Source: Vicinamibacterales bacterium
Lineage (GTDB): Bacteria > Acidobacteriota > Vicinamibacteria > Vicinamibacterales > Vicinamibacteraceae
Direction: 5' to 3'
Assembly: GCA_963816265.1 (NCBI GenBank)
Contig: CAWFJQ010000003.1
Span: 1,681,620-1,745,619 of the forward strand
DNA: 64,000 nucleotides
In this document: piece by piece, positions 57,006 through 64,000 of the stretch
Position numbering within the stretch: position 1 is the first letter of the stretch
Layout: every line of letters begins with the position of its first letter
Notes under the pieces: generated by a model
Told to the model about the DNA's origin: nothing
Databases searched by the model: none
The model's input: the letters and a program-made list of their open reading frames with translations, nothing else
Position numbers and translations under genes: made by a program

Positions 57006-58643
57006 ATGATCGTTTCAGTTCCGCGTCACGCCCGGCTGTTCGTTGGAAGCGCGATGGCCACCGTGGTCGTCGCCGCGTGCGGTCTCGCCGTCCTGGGAGC
57101 GGCACCCCAGGCGCCGCCGAGTGCCGCTCCCATCGCCGTGACCCTCGACGCGTCCACGACCGGGCCGAAGATCGACCGCCATCTGTTCGGCCAGTTCGCC
57201 GAGCACCTCGGCAAGGGCGTCTACGAAGGAGTCTGGGTCGGGCCCGACTCCTCCATCCCGAACACGCGCGGGATCCGCAACGACGTCGTCGCCGCCCTGA
57301 AGGCGATCAAGGTGCCCAACGTGCGGTGGCCGGGCGGCTGCTTCGCCGACGAGTACCACTGGCGGAAGGGCATCGGTCCGCTGAAGGACCGCCCCGCCAC
57401 GCTCAACCCGAACTGGGGCGGCGTCGTCGAGCCGAACACGTTCGGCACGCACGAGTTCCTGGACTTCGTCGACCAGATCGGCGCGGAGGCCTTCCTGTCG
57501 GTGAACGTCGGCTCCGGCACGCCCGCCGAGGCGGCCGACTGGTTCGAGTACCTCACGACCTCCGAGCCGACGGCGCTGGCGAAGGAGCGCGCGGCGAACG
57601 GCCGGAAGGCGCCCTACAAGATCGCCATCCTCGGCATCGGCAACGAGAACTGGGACTGCGGCGGCAACATGTCGGCGGAGTACTACCTGAGCCAGCTCCG
57701 CATCTACAGCCGCTTCGTCCGCAACTTCAACCCGGCGCAGCAGAAGTCCGACCGGATGAAGAAGATCGCGGTCGGCCCGGGCGGCGGTGATCCGCGCTTC
57801 GCCGAGTGGACCGAGACGATCATGAAGTCGTGGAAGGGCCGCCACTGGAGCTGGGACCACATGGACGGCCTGTCGCTGCACAACTACACCGTGGTGCGCT
57901 TCCCGGCCTCCTACAAGTCGGTCGGCTTCGACGAGAAGGCATACGCCGAGATCCTGCAGGACACGCTGAAGATGGACGCCCTCGTCAAGCAGCACTCGGC
58001 GATCATGGACAAGTACGACCCGCAGAAGCAGGTCGCGCTGGTGGTCGACGAATGGGGCGCGTGGTACGCGCAGCTCCCCGGCACCACGCCCGGCTTCCTG
58101 GCGCAGCAGAACAGCGTCCGCGACGCGATCATCGTCGCGCTGAACATCAACATCTTCGCGCGGCATGCGGACCGGGTCCGGGCGGCGAACATCGCCCAGA
58201 TGGTGAACGTGCTCCAGGCGATGATCCTGACCGACGGGCCGAAGATGGTGCTGACGCCGACCTACCACGCCTTCAAGATGTACGTGCCGTTCCAGGACGC
58301 GACCGTCGTGCCGGTGGCCTTCGAGGCCGGCCGCTACACGCACGGCAGCATCACGCTCCCGCGCGTCGATGCGATTGCCGCCAAGGACGCCTCGGGCACG
58401 CTCTGGCTCTCCTTCACCAACGTCGATCCGACCACGCCGGCGGACATCGCGACGACGCTGAGCGGCATCGCGCCTCGATCGGCGACGGGCGAGACGCTGA
58501 CGGGGCCGGCCATCGACAGCGTGAACACGTTCGACGCACCGAACACCGTCGCGCCGAAGCCGGTCCAGGTGAAGCTCGACGGCAATCGCCTGTCGCTGAC
58601 GCTGGCACCGAAGTCGGTCACGGTGATTGGAGTGCGGCCGTGA
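57006..58643 (+). CDS. abfA: Exported GH51 alpha-L-arabinofuranosidase.
   Basis: It has a signal peptide, then HLFGQFAEHLGKGVYEGVW, VRWPGGCFADEYHWRKGIGP and LGIGNENWDCGG (acid/base Glu), followed by a C-terminal beta-sandwich. Confidence 0.85.
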   Translation: MIVSVPRHARLFVGSAMATVVVAACGLAVLGAAPQAPPSAAPIAVTLDASTTGPKIDRHLFGQFAEHLGKGVYEGVWVGPDSSIPNTRGIRNDVVAALKAIKVPNVRWPGGCFADEYHWRKGIGPLKDRPATLNPNWGGVVEPNTFGTHEFLDFVDQIGAEAFLSVNVGSGTPAEAADWFEYLTTSEPTALAKERAANGRKAPYKIAILGIGNENWDCGGNMSAEYYLSQLRIYSRFVRNFNPAQQKSDRMKKIAVGPGGGDPRFAEWTETIMKSWKGRHWSWDHMDGLSLHNYTVVRFPASYKSVGFDEKAYAEILQDTLKMDALVKQHSAIMDKYDPQKQVALVVDEWGAWYAQLPGTTPGFLAQQNSVRDAIIVALNINIFARHADRVRAANIAQMVNVLQAMILTDGPKMVLTPTYHAFKMYVPFQDATVVPVAFEAGRYTHGSITLPRVDAIAAKDASGTLWLSFTNVDPTTPADIATTLSGIAPRSATGETLTGPAIDSVNTFDAPNTVAPKPVQVKLDGNRLSLTLAPKSVTVIGVRP

Positions 58644-59875
58644 AGCACCCCGGGGTCCGCGTGACGACACGACTGCTGCTGACGCTCGGCGCCTGGATCG
58701 GCATCGCCGCCCCCGCCGCCGCCCAACCGCCGGCGGACTGCAAGCCCAGCGCGCTCAACATCCCCGGCGCCCCGTACCCCTGCGTCCTGCCCGACAACCG
58801 GGTGATGCTCCGGGTCGCGGCGCCGGAAGCCCAGAAGGTCCGCGCGCGGGTGGGCGCCGGGTTCGACATGACCAAGCAGGCCGACGGGCTGTGGCACGTG
58901 ACGACCTCGCCCCAGGTGATCGGCTTCCACTACTACACGATCCAGATTGACGGCGCCGTCGTTGCCGATCCCGCCACGCGCTCGTTCTTCGGCGGCGGCT
59001 GGTGGAACAGCGCCATCGAGGTGCCGGACCCGGAGGGCGCCTACTTCACGCTGCAGGACGTGCCCCACGGCGAGGTGCGCCAGCGTTGGTACCGCTCCAC
59101 GGTGACGGGCGCCTGGCGTCGCGCCTACGTCTACACGCCCCCGGGCTACGACACCGACACCAAGACCAGGTACCCCGTTCTCTACCTGATGCACGGCTGG
59201 GGCGAGAACGAGCAGGGCTGGCACGTCCAGGGCCACGTCGACGTGATCATGGACAACCTGCTCGCGGCGCGGCAGGCCCGCCCCATGATCGTCGTCATGG
59301 AGAACCTGAACGCGGTGAAGCCCGGCGAGAGCGCCGCGCTCTACTTTGCCCGGGGCGCCTTGACGCAGGCCGTTCCCGAACCGCCGCCGGCTCCCGGCGC
59401 AGCGCCTCTGGCGCGCCGCCCGCTCGGCCCCCTCGGCAGCGGCGTCTTCACCGAGATGATGCTGACCGACCTCATCCCGATGGTCGAGAAGACCTTGCGC
59501 GTCGCCCCCGGCCGCGAGAACCGGGCCATGGCCGGCCTCTCGATGGGCGGCTTCCAGACCTTCACCACGACGCTGGCCCACCTCGACACATTCGCCTACA
59601 TCGGCGGCTTCAGCGGCAGCACCGGCGGGCGCGGCGGCTTCGACGCCAAGACGGCCCACGACGCGGTGTTCGCCGATGCCGCGGCCTTCAACAAGAAGGT
59701 CAAGGTCTTGTTCCTTGGCATCGGATCCGAAGAGGGTCCTGGAACCAAGACCTTCGCCGAGCAACTCACCCAGGCGGGCATTCGCAACGTCTTCTACGAG
59801 TCGAAGGGCACGGCGCACGAGTGGCTGACGTGGCGGCGGTGCTTCAAGGAGTTCGCGCCGCAGCTGTTCCGCTGA
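58640..59875 (+). CDS. Exported esterase (CE1 / feruloyl- or enterochelin-esterase-like) with an N-terminal Ig-like module.
   Basis: GTG 58640 overlaps the abfA stop (GTGA). It has YVYTPPGYD..YPVLYLMHGWGENEQGW and the nucleophile elbow GLSMGG. Confidence 0.8.
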   Translation: MKHPGVRVTTRLLLTLGAWIGIAAPAAAQPPADCKPSALNIPGAPYPCVLPDNRVMLRVAAPEAQKVRARVGAGFDMTKQADGLWHVTTSPQVIGFHYYTIQIDGAVVADPATRSFFGGGWWNSAIEVPDPEGAYFTLQDVPHGEVRQRWYRSTVTGAWRRAYVYTPPGYDTDTKTRYPVLYLMHGWGENEQGWHVQGHVDVIMDNLLAARQARPMIVVMENLNAVKPGESAALYFARGALTQAVPEPPPAPGAAPLARRPLGPLGSGVFTEMMLTDLIPMVEKTLRVAPGRENRAMAGLSMGGFQTFTTTLAHLDTFAYIGGFSGSTGGRGGFDAKTAHDAVFADAAAFNKKVKVLFLGIGSEEGPGTKTFAEQLTQAGIRNVFYESKGTAHEWLTWRRCFKEFAPQLFR

Positions 59876-59916
59876 TGGCCGGCGGCCGTCGACGACGACC
59901 CGGAGGGAGCACCAGG

Positions 59917-60987
59917 ATGCAACGCGGCGCACGCACACTTCTCGCGATGGCACTACTCGCCCTGCCGGCCACGGCCGTGGCCCAGGTGCAGACCGAAGTG
60001 CCGGCCCCGGTCGCCGGTGCCAAGCCGGTGACCGTCGAGCGCCTCAAGGTCCGCGGAGCGGCCCTCGAGGGCAACCTCGAAGGCAACGCCGTCGACCGCG
60101 AGGTCCTCGTCTACCTGCCGCCGAGTTACTCGACGGACAAGCGTCGGCGCTATCCCACGGTCTACGCACTGCACGGCTACTCGATCGGCGCCGAACAGTG
60201 GAGCGGCGAGATCCACGTGCCGCAGACGATCGAGGGCGCGTTCGCGCAGGGCGCGCGCGAGATGATCGTCGTCCTGCCGGATTCGAAGACCCGCCATAAC
60301 GGCTCGATGTATTCGAGCTCGCCGACGGTCGGCGATTTCGAGCGCTACGTCGCGGGCGACCTCGTGGCCTACATCGACGCCCACTACCGGACGCTCGCCA
60401 ACCGCAACAGTCGAGGCCTGGTTGGTCACTCGATGGGCGGCTACGGCGCCACGCGGATCGGCATGAAGCACGCCGACGTCTTCGGCAGCCTCTACGTCAT
60501 GAGCCCCTGCTGCCTGTCGCCCCGTGGTCCCGGGCAGCCGAACAGCGACCTCGAGAAGACCCTCGCCGCCGCCCAGGGTCCGGAAGACGTGAGCGGCCTG
60601 CCGTTCGGCGCCCGCGCCCAGCTCGCGGCGGCGGCGGCCTGGGCGCCGAATCCGCTGGCGCCACCGTTCTATCTCGATCTGCCGACCAAGGACGGCGCTC
60701 CCCAGCCGGACGTGCTGGCGAGGTTCGCCGCCAACTCGCCGCTCGCCTTCATCGACCAGTGGATCGGCAACCTGCGCCGCTATCGCGCCATCGCCATCGA
60801 TGTCGGCGACAAGGACGGCCTCCGCGTCGACGCCGGCAAGCTGCACGACGTGCTCGATCGCTACACGATCGCCAACACCTTCGAGATCTACCCCGGCACC
60901 CACACGAGCCGGGTGGCCGACCGCTTCCAGAACCACGTGCTCCCGTTCTTCCATCGCACGCTGTGCGCGGACAAGGCGTGCCAGTAG
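59917..60987 (+). CDS. Exported alpha/beta-hydrolase esterase (esterase-D-like).
   Basis: ATG 59917 follows GGAGGGA. It has VLVYLPPSY..YPTVYALHGY and the nucleophile elbow GHSMGG. Confidence 0.8.
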   Translation: MQRGARTLLAMALLALPATAVAQVQTEVPAPVAGAKPVTVERLKVRGAALEGNLEGNAVDREVLVYLPPSYSTDKRRRYPTVYALHGYSIGAEQWSGEIHVPQTIEGAFAQGAREMIVVLPDSKTRHNGSMYSSSPTVGDFERYVAGDLVAYIDAHYRTLANRNSRGLVGHSMGGYGATRIGMKHADVFGSLYVMSPCCLSPRGPGQPNSDLEKTLAAAQGPEDVSGLPFGARAQLAAAAAWAPNPLAPPFYLDLPTKDGAPQPDVLARFAANSPLAFIDQWIGNLRRYRAIAIDVGDKDGLRVDAGKLHDVLDRYTIANTFEIYPGTHTSRVADRFQNHVLPFFHRTLCADKACQ

Positions 60988-61022
60988 GTCATGGTCGCGC
61001 GAGTATCTCGGGTGGAGGGTTC

Positions 61023-62566
61023 ATGAACCGCTGGATCGCGGCCGTCGCGATGCTCGTGCTCCTGCCGCCGGTGCTGGCCTTGGACGGCGAGCCCGGATTG
61101 CACGACCCGTCGACCGTGATCCAGGCCGACGGCAAGTTCTACAGCTACGGCACGGGCAACGGTCTGCCGGCCTATGTCTCCGACGACGGGTGGACCTGGC
61201 GCCGTGCCGGGCCGGTGATGCAGGCCGTTGCCGGCGGTAAGCCCGGTCCGGAGGTGCTCGCCAAGGGCGGCAACAACACCTGGGCCCCGGACATCATCCG
61301 GAGCGGCGACCGCTACTTCCTCTACTACTCCGCTCCCGGCCCGCAGCCGAAGTCGGCGATCGGCCTCCTGGTGGGAAAGACACTCGATCCCGCCTCGCCC
61401 GACTACAAATGGGAGGACGCCGGTCCGGTCGTCTGGTCCGACGGCGTCGAGGACTGCAACGCGATCGACCCGGGCGTGTTCCGGGATCCCACCAACGGGA
61501 CCCTGTGGCTCACCTACGGGTCCTACTTCGGCTACATCCGCCTGGTGCAGCTCGATCCGAAGACCGGCCAGCGGCTCCATCCGGCGCGCCCGCCGGTCAA
61601 CGTCGCCATCAACTCCGAGGCGTCGATCATGACCTTCCGTGACGGCTGGTACTACCTGCTCGTCACGCACGGATCCTGCTGCGCCGGCGCCAACTCCAGC
61701 TACAACATCCGCATGGGGCGGGCGCGCAAGGTGACCGGGCCGTTCCTGGACAACATGGGCATCGACATGCTCCAGGGCGGCGGCAAGCTGTTCGCGGGCT
61801 CGACGGGGCGCCACATCGGTGCGGGCCACTTCGGCCGGCTCGATCTCGGCGGCGGCGTCGAGAAGTTCTCACTGCACTACGAAGCCGACCTCGATCGCGG
61901 CGGCATCAGCGTCCTGGACATCCGGCCGCTGCTCTGGCGCGACGGGTGGCCGGTGGCCGGCGACAACCTCACCGCCGGGACCTACCAGATCGAATCGGCG
62001 CGCACCGGGACCGTCCTCGAGATGGCGGTGCAGGGCGTCCCGGTGGGCGGTCCGCGCCAGCGGGGACCGGGCGGACCCGGCGGACCTGGTGGGTCCGGCG
62101 GACCCGGCGGACGCCCGGTGGACCTGGACCCGGCGCGCGCGTGGCCGGGCCACCGATCCCGGCGCAGGAACCCGCGCAAGTCGGCGGCGCCTGGCCGGCC
62201 GGCGCGGTCGGCGTCCGCATGGCACCGCACCTGGTCCAGGCGCAGCAGAAATGGTCGATCGAGCCGGCGCCGAACGCCGGCGGCTATCCGGGCGCGCCCT
62301 ACTTCACGATCGCGATCGCCGGCACGGACCGCGTGCTGGCGGCTGCCACCGGCGGCGAACTGACCGTCCTTCCCGCCTTCACCGGCGCACCGGAACAGCT
62401 CTGGCGCGTCGATCAGCTCACCGACGGCACCTATCGGCTGATGCCCAAGGCGGTGCCAGGCGCGGGCGAGCCTCTGGCGTTATCGGCGATCGGCAGCAGC
62501 ACGCCGACGCTGGCCACGTTCAGGCCCGACAGCGATCGCCAGCGCTGGCTGGTCAAGGCGCCGTAG
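61023..62566 (+). CDS. GH43 arabinanase-like catalytic domain, a Gly/Pro linker and a ricin-B-like lectin domain; one apparent frameshift inside the linker (about 62050-62140).
   Basis: Reads LHDPSTVIQADGKFYSYGTG, NNTWAPDIIRSGDRYFLYYS, AIDPGVFRDP and TLWLTYGSYFG. The linker reads GPGGPGGPGGSGGPGG. The next frame gives QKWSIEP..YFTIAIAGTDRVLAA..EQLWRVDQLTDGTYRL..SDRQRWLV. Confidence 0.8.
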
Positions 62567-62587
62567 CCTCCGGGCGGAAACGCAGTC

Positions 62588-63310
62588 ATGCAGTCACCTC
62601 AGCCACTCCGTGCCTCGGCGTTGTGCGCGCTGATCATCGTCGGCGGCGCCGTGCTCGCCGCCGGCGGCGGCCAGCAGCCGCCCGCAGCGCCGGCGCCGGC
62701 GCGTCCGCCCGCGGCGTCGCTCGTGCGTCCCGCCACGCCGTCCAAGACCCCGGATGCCGCCGGCTTCATCCAGCGCTGGCTCGTGCTCGAGCCGATCCCG
62801 GTGTCGAATCAGCTCACCGAGACGGCCGTCCAGACGGCGGTGAAGCAGCACGCCCTCGACCCGTCGGGCGCGCTGCCACGCGACGCCCAGACGGTCACCG
62901 TCGGCAGCCAGACCCGGACGTGGCACGCCGTCGACACCCTCGGCTACAACGTGAACCTGTTCCACTTCGCTTACGCGATGAACAAGCCCACGTCGAACGT
63001 GCTCTTCTGGGCCGTGACGGCGGTGCAGGCGCCGCGCGACCTGCCCGGGGTGCGGCTGGCGATCGGCTCGAACGCCGCCTCGGTGTGGTGGCTCGATGGC
63101 GAGGAGGTCATCCGCCTCTACAACGATCGCCAGGCCGTCATCGATGACGGCGTCTCGAAACGGGTGACGTTGAAGAAGGGCACCACCGTCATTCGCGCCG
63201 CCATCGTCAACGCGGGGGGCGCGACCGACTTCTGCGCGCGGTTCATCGACGAGGACGGCCATCCGGTCAAGGGCCTCACGATCGAATCTCGCCGGCGGAC
63301 GTACGCCGCG
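62588..63310 (+). CDS. Hypothetical exported protein (jelly-roll / galactose-binding-like guess). There is no stop codon before the next gene.
   Basis: This ORF is not in the supplied track because it runs off the window. Reads MQSPQPLRASALCALIIVGGAVLAAGG..GFIQRWLVLEPIPVS..NVLFWAVTAVQAP..VWWLDGEEV..ATDFCARFIDEDGHPV. It reads straight into ATG 63311. Confidence 0.5.
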
Positions 63311-64000
63311 ATGACCGGCAGCCTCCGGCGCGGCGCGTCCGGCGCGGCGGGCCTTCTGCTCGCGGCCGTCTCGCTGGTCGCCCAGACTCCCGCCGCCGTT
63401 CAATTCGTCGGCGAGGCACCGCCGCCGTCCTCGGCACTCACCCTGTGGTACCGCGCCCCGGCAGCCGAGCGGCCGCTGACGCCGCGCCCGACCGGTCGCG
63501 ACGCAGGCGCCGAATGGGTGCGCGCCCTACCGGTCGGCAACGGACGTCTGGGGGCCATGGTGTTCGGCGGGGTCGTCCACGAGCGGCTGCAGCTGAACGA
63601 AGACACGCTCTGGGCCGGTCGCCCCTACGACCCGGTCAATCCCGACGCCAAGGCGGCGGTGCCGGAGGTGCGGCGCCTGCTGGCCGAGGCACGCTACGGC
63701 GACGCCGCCGCGCTGGCCGGGAAGAGCATGATGGCGAAGCCGCTGGCGCAGATGCCCTACCAGGTGCTCGGCGATCTCGGCCTGACGTTCCCCGCCGCCG
63801 ACGTCGTCGAGCGCTACCGCCGCGACCTCGATCTGTCGACGGCGACGGCGCACGTGTCGTACACCACCGGCGGCGTCACCTTCGACCGCGAGGTCTTCGC
63901 CAGCGCTCCCAGCCAGGTGATCGTCGTGCGGCTGACGGCGAATCGACCGGGCCAGATCTCGTTCGACGCGAGGCTGCACACACCGCAGCGCGCGACCGTC
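63311..64000 (+). CDS. GH95-type alpha-L-fucosidase/galactosidase, N-terminal part; the 3' end lies outside the window.
   Basis: Own signal MTGSLRRGASGAAGLLLAAVSLVAQ, then LTLWYRAPA..EWVRALPVGNGRLGAMVFGGVVHERLQLNEDTLWAGRPYD. Confidence 0.75.
   Translation, partial: MTGSLRRGASGAAGLLLAAVSLVAQTPAAVQFVGEAPPPSSALTLWYRAPAAERPLTPRPTGRDAGAEWVRALPVGNGRLGAMVFGGVVHERLQLNEDTLWAGRPYDPVNPDAKAAVPEVRRLLAEARYGDAAALAGKSMMAKPLAQMPYQVLGDLGLTFPAADVVERYRRDLDLSTATAHVSYTTGGVTFDREVFASAPSQVIVVRLTANRPGQISFDARLHTPQRATV

Noticed and set aside
59221-59236. TGGCACGTCCAGGGCC, which has correct GG/GC spacing.
   Set aside because: It lies inside the esterase coding region, no gene start follows, and it lacks the TT of the -12 element. 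It is probably a chance match.
62040-62140. Repetitive GGACCSGGCGGA stretch that looks like a short tandem array.
   Set aside because: It encodes a Gly/Pro linker (GPGGPGGPGGSGGPGG) between the GH43 and ricin-like domains. There are no spacers and no CRISPR-like architecture.
1-64000. Search for tRNA, rRNA, CRISPR, integrase, transposase, toxin-antitoxin and restriction or other defence genes.
   Set aside because: I saw no T-loop (GGTTCGAATCC-like) or rRNA signatures, no regularly spaced direct repeats, and no recombinase or nuclease family motifs in any frame. This was a visual scan only.

Overview
High-GC (about 70%) bacterial chromosomal segment. It is densely coding, with about 57 protein genes. 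I found no rRNA, tRNA, CRISPR array, transposase or phage genes. Most long ORFs in the six-frame track are GC-driven wrong-frame or antisense artefacts. Calls rest on recognisable motifs in the translations, third-position GC, SD plus start context, and ATGA/GTGA start-stop overlaps.

Gene order, left to right:
- DUF1588-like, DUF1552 and ankyrin genes, all badly frame-broken, then dctA.
- A nitronate-monooxygenase-like gene and an orphan GspE/PilB-type ATPase fused to a receiver domain.
- A cupin, a duplicated-module lipoprotein and ubiB.
- A CBS-pair gene plus a 1440-aa ORF that joins a P-type ATPase to an L,D-transpeptidase.
- A Yip1-like gene, an APH-like kinase plus P-loop kinase fusion, and ppsA.
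- A monoheme cytochrome c and a decayed MgtA-type ATPase.
- A stress-type cluster: eRF1/host-attachment-like protein, HemG-like flavodoxin, small wHTH protein, diheme cytochrome, USP and Zn-ADH.
- An operon of triple-SRPBCC protein, primase-like protein and TIM-barrel protein, divergent from a PAS histidine kinase and a sigma-54 activator.
- An OmpR-type two-component system divergent from a 7-gene redox operon: cytochrome c fused to a beta-barrel, a pentaheme cytochrome, a Tat-Rieske protein, membrane proteins and an HhH-repeat protein.
- An HPF-like gene and a czcCBAD metal-efflux operon led by a Cys-rich small protein.
- Two LacI regulators and an arabinan/arabinoxylan locus (GH51, two esterases, GH43-ricin, GH95).

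Main second-look items:
1. A constellation of -24/-12 (sigma-54-type) promoter motifs with GGAA-N(0-2)-TTCC palindromes upstream. They tie many stress and dormancy-type genes into one putative regulon.
2. The cytochrome-porin, multiheme and Rieske operon.
3. A family of 165-166 bp nested-palindrome repeats capped by CTAG.
4. Two in-frame gene fusions with internal signal peptides.
5. Many single-base frame disruptions, unevenly distributed.

All functional calls come from reading the sequence; no database search was run.
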